From the NCBI GenBank assembly GCA_026025795.1, contig JAPEUG010000032.1, positions 1 through 64,000 on the forward strand: a stretch of DNA of 64,000 nucleotides, in the 5' to 3' direction. Source of the stretch: Thelocarpon superellum (lineage: Eukaryota). The notes below the pieces were generated by a model. That model saw only the letters and a list, made by a program, of their open reading frames with translations, had not been told where the DNA came from and did no database searches. A program made the translations under genes and the position numbers. Each line of letters starts with the position of its first letter. The stretch's first letter is position 1. Of the stretch, positions 11,826 to 24,195 are shown piece by piece.

Positions 11826-12622
11826 ATGCGTTTCTCCGTCGGCGTCGTCCTTGCCGGACTCACGGCCATGGTCGCCGCTCAAGTCAGCTTGTCGGACCTC
11901 CCCCAGTGCGCTGTAAGTCTCAATTACGCGCGAACCCGACCGGACGATGGCATCAGGGTCGTGCCACAGTTGGGCGACGGCGACTGACTGCCCTTATAGC
12001 AAGGGTGCGTGGGTAGCTCGATCAACGTGCCCGGCTGCTCAGGTCTCGACATCAAGTGTATCTGCCAGAACGCCGGCTACCTGTCAGGCCTCGGGTGCTG
12101 CGTTGCCAAGGCATGCAACCCGTCGGACCAGGCCAAGGCTCTCTCGTTCGCGGCGTCGCTGTGCTCCACGTGAGTCTTGCGTCAGATGTTCCTGGGACAG
12201 TGGAGAGCGAGACTAATACGCGTCGTCGGTCAGTGCTGGTGTGTCGGTGACGCAATCCGTCGGCTGCGCCAGCAGTTCGTCGAGCTCCTCCAAGGCTCCC
12301 TCGAGCTCGGCGTCGCCTGCGTCGTCGGCCGGCTCCTCATCGGCCGGCACGACGTCCACGACATCCACGTCGGCCACGACGGGCACCTCGGCCACGACGG
12401 GCACCTCGGCCACGACGGGCACCACCTCGACGGCTCCCAGCTCTTGTAAGTCTCACCCATGGCGACGAGGATATCCAGGTCAAGACATTGGCTAACAGTC
12501 TTGACACAGCGCCCAACGCCTCCTCGTCGCCTCTGGCCGTGTCGACCAATGCTGCCACGCATTACGCAGCCAACGGCATGGGTTTCGCTGGCTTCATCGC
12601 GGCTCTGTTGGCCCTTTTCTAG
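11826..12622 (+). CDS. GPI-anchored CFEM-domain cell-surface protein, 4 exons
   Basis: Introns 11913-11999, 12170-12233 and 12446-12509 give MRFSVGVVLAGLTAMVAAQVSLSDLPQCA|QGCVGSSINVPGCSGLDIKCICQNAGYLSGLGCCVAKACNPSDQAKALSFAASLCS, then a Ser/Thr stalk and hydrophobic end STNAATHYAANGMGFAGFIAALLALF*. Confidence 0.9.
12370..12423 (+). repeat. Perfect 18-nt coding tandem repeat x3 (SATTGT)
   Basis: (tcggccacgacgggcacc)3 in the CFEM Ser/Thr stalk. Confidence 0.9.
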
Positions 12623-13172
12623 ACAGCTTCTCCAGCTGACGGAAGGGGATTGGACGGACAGATGGATGGGCGCATAGCAGGCTTGACATGAGGAAGATCC
12701 GACCCACTCCGGAAGTGCTATGTATAATATTCTTGGCGACCATCCATTTCGGGAAAAGAGGCCAAGAGGACCGTATGAGGGGGGGCATCCCACGACCGGG
12801 GACGATGACTGCGCCTGTAGTCGTCGTACCTTGGTCTGGTCTGGTCTCGATCTTACTTCTTACCTACCTCGATTGTTTCGTCTTCTACTTCTCTCCTCCC
12901 GGACGTATCGAACGAAAACGGAGAGGGGGTGGGAGAGAGTGGTAGACCAAGCTGTTCTAATTCAAGAAGCATCACCAAGGAGAGATAATCGATGAGATGT
13001 AGTACGAGTAGCATTGGACACATGGGAGATGTCCATCAGTGAGGTCCACGACAGAAGACGCGGCGAGAAAGGAAAGAGACGAAGAGAGGAATACTTCATG
13101 GGATGAGAAGAGAAGATTTTGTCATCTAGGTCCACTTTCGGGTCTCACCATGATTGATATATACTTTCCGCA

Positions 13173-15097
13173 TTATATTTTCTGCGTCTGTGACATGAAG
13201 GGAATTTCCATCACCACTGCTCCGTTTCTTCCTCTTTCTTCCCCGCCTCGCATTGCTTCTCCCATGCCAATGTCTCCTCTTCCTTCTTCTCCTCCGGTGT
13301 CTCTCGTCAAGCTAATGCTCGTACTCGTCGTGGTGGCAATAGAGGCGGTGGAGGTGGAGGTGGAAGAGGCGGAAGAGGAGGGAAACTGTAATTTCCGCAT
13401 CCATTCGCCGAGTCGGTGCTCTGTTCCTGTTGCTGCGACGAGAATTAAGCTGTTTTTCTCCTTGTCCTTTTCCCTTTCCCTTTTCTTTGTTTTGCTCGCC
13501 GTCTCTGGCTCGGGGATCAGGACTTGCACCGTACTGGCCGCTGGCGTAGTGGAGTCATGTCGTTCGCATATCGCTAGGTCGTTGATGATGCCGGGGATGT
13601 ATCCCCCCCCTGAAGCGCCTGCTCCCACGACACCAACGGCTTCAATCCGCTTCTTGTCCGCCGTGACGCGCCACGCGCGGATGTACCCGTCCCAGCTGCC
13701 GCTGACGATGATGTCGGAGTAGGGGAGCGTCGCGAGAGCGGTGATCCAACGTGGCATTCTTGGCCCATCGCTCGTGGCGGATGGTGGATGCGTCTCGGCC
13801 GACGCCTCGGACGCAGGGAGAGGTGGATCGACCCCGTGGGCCAGGGGAAGGGTGAAGACGGGCTTCTTCTTGTGGAGCGTCCACAGACATAATGACCCGT
13901 TGTCGCTTCCCGTCACAAACGTCTCTTCGTCGACCAGCGCCACCCGGTCGATACTGCCTTCTGCATAAATTGAGGTCGTGGGGCCCTTGCTGTCTTTCTT
14001 GCTGTGGTTGCTGGTGCCTCCGCGGAAGACTAGCTGCGTCTCATCCACTACCTTCCATAGGCGTGCCGTACGGTCTCGAGCGCCGACGCTGACGCACCGT
14101 TCCTGCGCCAGGGTGGCCACATCGACGACCTCGTCCTGGTGCCCGAACAGTGTCTCCACGTACGCCAGCTCGTCTAGACTCCACAGCTTGATCGTGCGGT
14201 CGCGAGAGGCCGAGTAGAGTTGATTGGTGCCCCGCCGAAAGGCCAGGGCCACTACCGCGTCGCGATGTTGCGAGAAGGCTTTGAGCGGTGCAAGGTCCGC
14301 CGCGGCCCAGATGATCACTCGTCGATCCTGTCCGCCCGTCACCACGTATCTTCCGTCGGGCGAGCAGGCCACGGCGAGGATGTTCGACGTATGCCCGAGT
14401 TTCATGGCGGACTCGGAGCTTTGGCTGAGCCCGCGCCGGAAGGCCACTTGCTTGGGACGCTTCCGCGCGGGATGGGGCTTCCGCGTGGAGCCAGCTGGTG
14501 CTGGAGGCGGTGGACTGGGCAGTGCCCACTTGATCAGGGTGCGGTCCTTGGACACCGTGTAGACATGGGGGAGGCGTATGGCGATCGAGGTCGTGGTATT
14601 GGTATTGGCACGAAATCGAGTGAGGGTGGCCTGGTTGAAGGCGGCTCCATGGGCAATGTGTCGGTAGAGCCGTCCTTTGGTCTCGGCCTTTGGCAGTCAG
14701 CGGAGAGCGGTCAATCAGACGCAAGCCTGCCTACCACATCCTCGCGGAGCCGTTCCGCGATCAGGTCCTTGTCAATCTGCTCGGCGTCGAATCCCACGTC
14801 ATCCACCTCTTGTCGAATGTTCTCCAGGTATCGCTCCGCCAGTCTCAGCCTCCGATCTGCCGCCGTTTCCCCATCATGCTCAGACCCCGAGCTACCCTCG
14901 TCTTCTCCCGAGTCTGATGGTTGCGGCCTATCATCACCGCTCTCCGCGTCACTGCCGGAGATAGACTCGTCCCGGGGTGGTCGTGTGGTGGGAGCTGGTG
15001 CCCCACTTACAGCACTTTTCTTGACGGACGACGATGGATTTCCATCTCCCCGCTTTCTCTTCCGCTGGGAGGCGGGAAGGGTGAAAAAGGACGACAT
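13173..15097 (-). CDS. RRP9: U3 snoRNP WD40 protein Rrp9 (SSU processome)
   Basis: ETAADRRLRLAERYL, GFDAEQIDKDLIAERLREDV, YVETLFGHQD, VGARDRTARLWKVVDETQLVFRGG, EHRLG. One intron at ~14688-14733. Confidence 0.95.
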
Positions 15098-15420
15098 GTC
15101 AATGCGAGGAACTCACCTCACGAGACACTGGTGCAAATGAATCATCTCCAACACGCCATTGAAATACTTGGTGCTCGACGCACTTCGCCAGTTCTTGACC
15201 GGGCGGCTCCGCGATTAGCGACCGTTTAGCGTGGCCGTTCGTACCATACGAGGCACAGGAGACACACAGACAGGCAAAGCAGCAGCTTGATGTGCCGATG
15301 ACTACGGAGAACCATAGCACCAGCCGGCGAGACTGAGGACGTAAGGCAGAAGAGCTCCCACGCGTCCACGGTGATGTCAAGCTGGCCAGCTGAAGCTCAC
15401 CAGCTACAACATCTAGCCAA

Positions 15421-16240
15421 ATGTGAGTACGTCCCATGTCAAGCAGACAGAACACCCTCTGACCCGCTGGTGCGATACAGGGAGAACTTGTTAGGCATCA
15501 CCGGCAAGGACTTCACCATCATCGCGGCCTCCAAGGCTGCGATGAGAGGTGCCACCATCCTCAAAGCCTCGGACGACAAGACTCGACAGCTCAATCGACA
15601 TACCCTCATGGCCTTTTCCGGCGAAGCGGGTGACACCAGTAAGTGCACACGGTCGAGTTTGATCACCAGAACCCTCCCTGCCACGAACGGCCTCCGCTGA
15701 CCTCCTTCCTCCCCTCCGCAGTCCAATTTGCCGAATTCATCGAAGCCAACGTGCAGCTCTACTCGATGCGCAACGAAGGCGAGCTATCACCATCAGCCGT
15801 GGCCCACTTCGTGCGCCAGGAACTGGCCAGCAGCCTGCGATCCCGGAAGCCGTACACGGTGAACCTGCTCCTGGGCGGACTGGACCCCATCACGCACCAG
15901 CCGAGCCTGTACTGGCTGGACTACCTGGCGGCGCTGGCGAAGGTGCCGTATGCGGCGCATGGATACGCGCAGTACTACTGCCTCTCGATCCTCGACAAGC
16001 ATCATCAGCCCAACATCTCGCTCGACGAGGGGCTGAAGATCCTGCGGATGTGTACGGATGAGCTGAAGCGACGTCTGCCCATCGATTTCAAGGGGGTGAG
16101 TGATGGAGCTCCTAGGATGCGGGGTGTACGTGGCGGATTCACGAAGCTAATCTGGACCCCAGATGCTCGTCAAGGTCGTGACGAAAGATGGCATCCGGGA
16201 ATTGGAATATGACGACGACAAGCCGGTCAAGAGCGCGTAG
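15421..16240 (+). CDS. PRE1: 20S proteasome subunit beta-4, 4 exons; start codon split by intron 1
   Basis: AT|intron 15423-15480|G GAG AAC TTG TTA GGC gives MENLLGITGKDF. Also GEAGDT, QFAEFIEANVQLY, YAAHGYAQYYCLSILDKHH, ending DKPVKSA*. Confidence 0.95.
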
Positions 16241-16342
16241 TGGTGGCACCTGTAGGGACTAGCACATCCATAGCGTGGCATGTAATGTATCCTACGAGAC
16301 GAGACAAGACGACGCGGGCGGACATGACGACGCCCCACCTGC

Positions 16343-18172
16343 TCAAGCCGCCTTCTTGGGCTCGCGCCGCTTCTCCCACACCTGCAGGTAGCTCTCGCCG
16401 AGGAAGAGGATCTCCTTGCGGACCTCCTCGACAAAGAGATCCTGCACCTGCACCCACTCCTCGCGCGACTTGTCGCGCAGCTGCACGCGCCACAGCTTGG
16501 CCATGCCCTCGCCCTCGACGCTGTCATCGCGCCGCCGCACGCCCTCATGCGTGACGTTGGCCGCGAGATCGTACCAGATGGGCTCGCCCGGCGCCGCGTG
16601 CGCCATCGACGGCTCCACATAGGGCGACATGTCGAGCGAGCGCACCGGAAAGGTGACGATGGTCCGGTTGTGCTCGTCCACGAACTTGTTGCGCGAGAAG
16701 CGTTTGATGTGGAAGAGGAGGTAGGGCGGGAGCGGGTGCAGGAGTCGATAGCGCCGCCGGTGGGCCAGGTGCTCTTGCGCTTGCAGCCCGTCGTACTTGG
16801 CCAGGATGGTCGTGAGTGGGACCTAGCGCCGGTGAGCGGGGCCGAGCGAGCAAAATCCATCGTGGCGGGGCTGACCTGAGGAATGATGTTCTGGTCACGC
16901 TCATCCTTGAAGAGCGGGGCCCGCGGCAGATCGAGGGTCAGCATCAAGAATCGGCTGATGTCCACCTTGACTTCCGCCGCCTCTTCGAAGCGGAGACGGT
17001 CGCCCGCGTCGGCCTTGGCCGTGATCTGCTGACTCTCTACCTTCAACTTGCCCTGGAAGACCTTTTGCACGATGCTCGTCCCCGGCTTCGTCTTGCTGCC
17101 GCCCAAGGCCCGGTGCAGATTGTTCAGGAACCAGCTCAGGAAGTCCACCGGATCCGATTGCTGCGTCAGCGTGAAGCGTTTGTTCGACCGTAACGAGATC
17201 TCTTGCAGGAGCTCGTGCGGCGACACGTGCGACTTGAAGGCGCGCGGGTTCCATAGCTTCCGGATGAGGATGGAGAAGCGCTGGACGAGCTGCGGCGCAC
17301 CGGTGAAGTCCTCGAGCATGAAGAAATTCCGTAAGGGAGCGACGTGCGCCAGGGCGTGGACGACGACATTGAAGTAGTCATTGTCTTTGATGTTGTTCAT
17401 CCCCACAAAGCCTGCCAGCCGTCAGTCGCCGTCGCGCATGCGCGGAGAGAGCTCACCGACCCGGTACATATCGCCGGCCTGCGAGATCGCGGCTGGCCTG
17501 CGGCTCCCGGTCGAGCTTCAGGGCATCGTCCCGGGTGTAGCGGGGGTCGACGACATAGCGAATGTCGTCCAAGCTCTTGCTCTGGACCTCGTAGCCTTCC
17601 GGCAGCACATAGACGCGTTGGGTCTGCATGCTGATGAAGACATGATGACCCACCTCGAGGGCATGGAAGTAGGCCTGCGACTTGGGCCCTCGGCCTTGAT
17701 AGTATTTGCCGCACACAAGGCAGGCGTAGACGTTGATGTTGGAGAGGGTGACGGAGCAGAGCTTCTCAAAGTCAAAGTCGAGCACGGCACGGCTGATGGT
17801 GTCAAGGTAGAGGTCGGTGTAGCCCTCGGCGGGCGCGTGCTGGCGTGCGGGCGCGGTCAAGACGGGGGCGTCGACGTCGTCGTCAAGGTCGGCCGATGGT
17901 CCGTCGAGCTCCGCTTCTTCGAGCTCCGCTTCTTCGAGCTCTTCCTCTTCCTGGTCGGCCGCGGCCAGGATATCGTCTCCGTTCCGCGCATCTTCCTCGA
18001 AGGCCTGGCCGTTCCTTTGCCCGTGCCTTTGCGTTCGCGTCGGCCCGGTGGCGGTCGAGGCATCGTCGGTCGTGGAGGGGTCGAGCTCATTGTCCACTCG
18101 GGTCCGTTTGGACGCGGGCGAGTCGGCCGCGGCCAGATCCTCGAGCGGCTCTTCCGCATGACGTTTAGCCAT
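16343..18172 (-). CDS. SAD1: U4/U6.U5 tri-snRNP protein Sad1/USP39 (ZnF-UBP plus inactive USP domain)
   Basis: LDFDFEKLCSVTLSNINVYACLVCGKYYQGRG, GMNNIKDNDY, FKSHVSPHELLQ, LFLGESYLQVWE. Two introns. Confidence 0.95.
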
Positions 18173-18464
18173 TCCGTCGAATCCGCAGCTGCGGGCCCAA
18201 ATCTCGCGGGTGGCGGCGGTCTCGCGTTCACGATTATTGTTCCGTTACGTCGGCCATTGATGCCGACGAGACACCTTGAAGAGTCGCGGTGTCAAAGTCG
18301 CGAGGAACATGTTCGTCTCGCGTCTTGGTCACGTCAACGAAAACGGAAACTTTTGATATCGCCGTCCTACGCCAGTAAGAGTGTTGCTACTAAGAAGCCA
18401 GTCTTGTACAAAGCCGCATGCCCCTCTTCCTAGATAGTCCATCCTGCCTCCGGGCAAGCGCTAC

Positions 18465-20575
18465 TCAAGGCTGCCCCCAGTCACATCGGCTCCGTCCCAG
18501 CCACACGGCGCCAACGTAGCCAAGCTCAAACAAAGCAAAGCTGGCGGCCACATCAAGACCGGCGCAGGTCGCCAGATTCGAAAAGTAGCGCAGGGTAGAG
18601 CATGGGTCATAGGACGGCAGTGAAGTCACCGCACGCATCATGTTCCAGTGTGCTGTCGGTGGATAGACCTCGCCCAACCAGAAGCTCGCCGCACGGAGCT
18701 GCCCATCCGACGATCGAGCGTGGGCCAGGAAGGAAGATGCGAGCGAGCGCAGGAAGAAGGCTTCGAAGGGCAGTGCAAGCCAGGTAGCCAGGAAGACCGA
18801 CACGTGGGTGGCGGTCGACGTAGCGGGAAAGGAGGAGAGCGTCGTGACTCGGCGTCGGATGCCGTCGTCGGCGTCGGAGTCCGCATCATGAGCATGATGC
18901 TCCAAGGCCGCTGCCGTCTCCGCGATGCGCCTCGCCGTGGTCCACCGCTCCGAGACCCCGATCATGGATTCGGCCGCTTCGATTGGTGGTGTGGCCATGC
19001 CGACTCGCTCGCGACGAACTGGGTCGACGCCCGCCACACTCGGAGAGAGCGCCCCTCCCGCCGCTGGATCGAGGCCGACCGGAGCTCGCTCGTGCGAAAC
19101 GGCGGACTCGTCGCCTACCGGCGGCACGCCAAGCACCAAGGGGTCCGATAGAGGACGAGGTGCGGGGCGCCCAGGACCAACCAACGAGAGGTTGAGACCA
19201 AGACCAAGCCACGGTCTCCTTTGACCCTGCCGTGACATCCACCGACGGACGCCCGCTACTACAGGATGATAGGCCCACGGCTCCGACGGCTCGATGCCAG
19301 GGATCTCACGCACGCCCAAGTCTTGGTTCAAAGCCGCCTGCACCGAGCTTGGGTCCGGGCTATCCGGCTTGGGCAGGAGGGCGCGGACAAGGGCAAAGGA
19401 TCGCTGGTGCACGAAGTGTTGAATCTTCTCGTGGATCCAGAGCAGCGTCAATGGAGACTGCAGCACACGCAGGACGAGCGAGGCGACACTTTCTGTTGTC
19501 AAGGTGGTAGGCAGCAAAGGGGGCTGGATGGGGGAGGAAGGGGACAAGGGGATCATGCTGTGGAGCGGGGGAAAGATGGGGAAGCAGGGGATGAGATTCA
19601 GCATCTGCAGGACGGTATAATACTCCAACGGCGCCAGCGCCACAAAGGTTGACGCGTCAAGCCTGTGTCCGCACACGGGTCAGCGATATCTAATCACGAG
19701 CCCACAGGCGAGGGCTGGAAATCGGCGTACACATGATGGAGGCCCTTGAGCCAGCGAAGCTTCTGCGTCCGACGCCGTCGACTGGGCTCGTAGCGGGCCA
19801 ACATCACCGAGCCCCAGTCGTACAGCCGGAAGAGCAGATATTCCCGGCCGATACCAAGCATCGTGAGGGCCAGCTGTGCAGGGATGCCGGAGAAGAGTAA
19901 GCCGTAGAGGCCAAAATGTCGTCGTTGCAGCTGGATCATGTCGCGGTAGGGGACGTCGGCGAACATGGCAAAGGTCTACGGGTGCATCATCATCGTCAGG
20001 GATGCACGCAGGGCGGGGCTGCGGGACAGATACCTGATAGCGATTACGGATACAGTCCATCCACCAACTGGCAAAGACCAGGACGAAGAAGTCGACGGGC
20101 CGGAAGAAGAGGCCGACATGGTTTTCCCAAATCACCTTTTCCACCCCCCCCTTCTCTATGCGGAAGTAGGCGGCGGCATCCTGCATCGACCGGGAGCGCT
20201 GCCTGGTGTGTCGTAGCATGCCACACGTCGCCAGCACATCGTTCTTGGCCCGGGTGAGGTTGCGAGCCAGCGTCCGTGAAGTGGCATGGACTGGGGGACC
20301 ATCCATCGGACGATGTGGCGTCGCTGTAGGACGACTAGGCTCACATTCCGAGGTGCCGGCCGGTGCGCCAGCATCACTACGAGCATAGGCATCTTCTGGC
20401 TCCAAAACTTCTGGATCAGGAGCTTCGTAAGCGGAGCGGCCCTGGTGGTGTCAGTCGATGGTGATGCTACGACGAGGGTCAACATACGAGCGCGAGGCTG
20501 GCCAGGTACGCCTGACGACCCATCAAAGAGCTGCCCGAGCCTAGCCCGAGGGAAGAAAGAGGACTCGAGCGACAT
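18465..20575 (-). CDS. Hypothetical protein, probably membrane-associated, 4 exons
   Basis: ORFs 19680-20405, 19694-19966 and 18465-19676 join in frame through canonical GT-AG introns with CTGAC branch points. Several hydrophobic segments. The start exon (MSLESSFF) is less certain. Confidence 0.7.
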
Positions 20576-20872
20576 TCCCCACTGACTGCTACGTAAGGGA
20601 GCTCGAGTGGAGCTTGGCTCGCACAAGTGGTGGCGGAAAGTTAGGTCAGGTTGGACGATCCACCTCAAGTATCGGATCCCTGCTGATCGATTGTCTCTAG
20701 CGCGGGGTGAAGCTCAAGAAGTTCGGGTCGAAATTCTTCACGATCCCACCAACTCGCACTTTTGATGTCTCGCCGTGAACGGCCAATGCCGCGATCTAAA
20801 TCATTGACCGGGGCCATATGATCCAGAGAGCATGTCTGGATCTTCCATCCAATTAGAGAACGGATCGTGGTC

Positions 20873-23683
20873 ATGCTGCCCAGGGGCCAGAGTAAGACGA
20901 CCTTCGAGGCCCACAAAGTCATTCAACCCATCTACACCGGGGGCAGCGTGGCTCTCGATCAAACTGGCCACACCCTCGCCACGTGCCTGGGCGAGGATGC
21001 CGTGATCACGCACCTGCAGACGGGGGAGCAATTGGCTTACATTGAGGGGGTCAGTATTTTCGTGCAGATGAGACAAGCTTCGCTGACGGCCTGGGATGGA
21101 TGGGATGGATAGGATGGCGAGCTCATTACTAGCCTTGCACTCACTCCGTCCGCCTCACATCTGATCCTCTGCTCCCGGTCGCTGTCGATGCGGATCTTTG
21201 CACTGGATACCTCGGCCCTGCCATTGTCTCGCATCATTACGACTCTCCAGCGGACGTTGAAACCACATCCCTCACCCGTCATCGTGACCGCGATTGACTC
21301 CACCGGCACGCTTCTTGGGACGGGTGGGGCGGATAATGTGATCAAGGTGTGGGATATTCGAGGAGGCTACGTGACCCACACCTTTCACGGCCACACCGGT
21401 CTCATCTCCGCCCTGCATTTCTTCGAGGGGTACGCGAGTCCAAGGACAGCCGAGGGCGTCTCCCACAGAAAGAAGAGCAAGCAATATCTACACGGCATGC
21501 GAGAGGATGGGGCCGAGCCTGCGACCGGCTTCAGGCTTGCATCCGGGAGTGAAGACGGCAAAGTGCGGGTGTGGGACCTTGGTAAACGGAAATGCACCGC
21601 CGTTCTCGAGTCCCATGTGTCCATCGTGCGTACGCTGGACTACAGTGCCGAGGAGCAAGCCCTGCTCTCGGCGGGCAGAGATAAGACGATGATCGTGTGG
21701 GACAGCAAGAGCTGGAAGTCACGCAAGGTGGTGCCCGTGTTGGAGGGCGTGGAGAGCGCAGGGTTCATGAGCGATGGAAAGATCATCTACACTGGGGGCG
21801 AACATGGCCGAATCCGCCTGTGGGCGGCAGACACCGGCAGAGAGATGACAGAAGAGCAAGCGGTGGGTGGTGAAGGTGAGAACGTTGTGGACATTCTCCA
21901 CCTCCCGAATCTGCACTTCCTCTTGTCTGTCCACGGGGATCAGACTTTGGGGTTGTATTCGCTGGGACCCATTGCCCACGTTCCTCCCGGAAGCTCCCTG
22001 CCGGCCCTCACGCCGATGAGACGGATATCAGGAACGCATGATGAGATCATTGATCTCGCATACCTCACCCCTGAGCGGAGTCTCTTGGCGCTCGCGACAA
22101 ATTCCGAGGACATTCGCATCATCTCAGTGTCAAGCTCAAGCACCTCACCGCAGGAGGATACGTTGGGAGGAGGGCAATTTTTCGGGGCTGATGTGGCCCT
22201 GCTCAAAGGGCACGACGAGATCGTCATCAGTCTGGATGTGGACTGGTCGGGATGTTGGCTGGCGACGGGGGCCAAGGACAATACCGCCCGACTCTGGCGG
22301 ATCGACTCATCCGCTCTCTCCTTTACCTGCGTCGCCACCTTTCAAGGCCATGCCGAGTCCCTCGGTGCCATCGCGCTCCCCAAGACCATCCCCTCTGCCG
22401 ACTCCCCCGCATTCATGCGGCCGCTGGACCACCCACCTCCCTTTCTCCTGAGCGGATCTCAGGATCGGACGATCAAGTGCTGGGACATTCAGAGCGTGAA
22501 GCAAGCGCCACGAGCTCGCTACACCCGCAAGGCCCACGAAAAGGACATCAATGCGATTGACATAAATCACACTTCGACGCTGTTTGCATCTGCATCGCAG
22601 GACCGCAACGTGAAGATCTGGACCGTGGAGGAGGGTGAAGTGCAAGGCATCCTGCGCGGTCATCGACGAGGCGTGTGGTCGGTCCGCTTCGCCCCCAAGG
22701 ATAGCCCAACCATCACGAGCGACAAGGGACCGACCTCGTCCCGCCGAGGCCTGGTGCTGACGGGCAGCGGTGATAAGACGGTCAAAATCTGGAGTCTCTC
22801 GGATTTCAGCTGTCTGTTGACGTTGGAGGGACATACGAATAGCGTGTTGAAGGTGCTGTGGCTTCCTCCGTCCCCCAACTCCCCGCCGTCCCAGGGCGCC
22901 GGGGCACAAGTTGCCTCGGCCGGCGGGGACGGCCTGGTGAAAGTATGGGAGGTGTCGAGCAGTGATGCGGCGTGCACGCTCGACAACCATACCGACCGCG
23001 TGTGGGCGCTCAGCGTGGACCCTACCACGCGCACCCTGGTCTCCGGGGGCGGAGACGGCGTCATCACCTTCTGGGCGGACACCAGCCGTGCGACGGCCTC
23101 GGCCAGCGCGCAGGCCACTTCGGCACGTATTGAGCAGGAACAAGCGCTGGACAATCTCACGCGCGCCGGCGCCTACCGCGAAGCCATCACACTGGCGCTC
23201 GCCCTTGAACATCCCGGTCGCCTGTTGTCACTCTTCACGGCGGTGGCAGGCACGATGGACCCGTCCCAAGCCGGAAGTATCAGCGGGATGGACGAAGTCG
23301 ACGAGGTCCTGGGACATCTCGCGCCCCACCAACTCGTGACATTGCTGAAGCGTCTCCGAGACTGGAACACCAACGCACGGACGGCGCCCATCGCCCAACG
23401 GATCCTGCGTGTGCTGGTCCGCTGTTATCCTGCCGAAACTCTGGCTGGATTGGGAGGACGCCGAGCTATTTTTGAGGAGGACGAAGTTGAAGAGGGTGGA
23501 GACCTTGAGAGCGCTGAAGAGCGCACCAAGGGTCCACGGCGTACAGGGCAAAAGGGAGAGATGAAGCCTCTCATCGACGCACTCAGGGCGTACACGGAAC
23601 GGCACTACAAACGCCTGGAGGACTTGATAGAAGAGAGTTTCTTGATTGATTACACGCTTCGTGAGATGGACGAACGCGATTGA
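20873..23683 (+). CDS. UTP13: U3 snoRNA-associated WD40 protein Utp13
   Basis: KTTFE...IQPIYTGG, many WD repeats, LRDWNTNARTAPIAQRIL, LRAYTERHYKRLEDLIEESFLIDYTLREMD. One intron at ~21050-21112. Confidence 0.95.
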
Positions 23684-24195
23684 TCGCGGGGGACGATGCA
23701 TCTGTCAAGAGAGATCCACATGCAGGCGACAACAGGACAAGGCGTGAAGGAAGGACGGGACTGCACGTGCGACCGCCATTCCGTGCTCAATGCTGCTTCA
23801 CCGTAACTCCTCGAGCTATCCTCCTCTCTTGCCTACCTGATTTCCCCTCACATGTCATACGAGCGCATGGATGAATGTCCTCCAGCATGTTGCTGTAGCT
23901 TTCGGAGTTTCCTTCCTTGGAATTTGGATTTGAAATATCCAGTCTTCGACTAGTACATCCAGGTTGAAGAACGAAATCCAATCCATCCATGCGAAATATC
24001 CATCCATCCTGAACCGCAAAAGTGGCCACGATCTCGTTGGAGCAGTTCCCTTTTCCACGTCTTGGACCGCCTCGCAACGTCACATTGGTGATCGAAGAAT
24101 CGAATGAAGAAACTTCGACGAGGAAGAGAAAGAGAAAGAAGGAGAAAAAGGAAGAGAAAGAGAAAGAGAAGAGTAGAGATTGTCCGCAATTGAAA

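Noticed and set aside
17370..17406. Catalytic Cys replaced by Asp in the USP domain of SAD1
   Set aside because: This is the normal state of the Sad1/USP39 pseudo-deubiquitinase.
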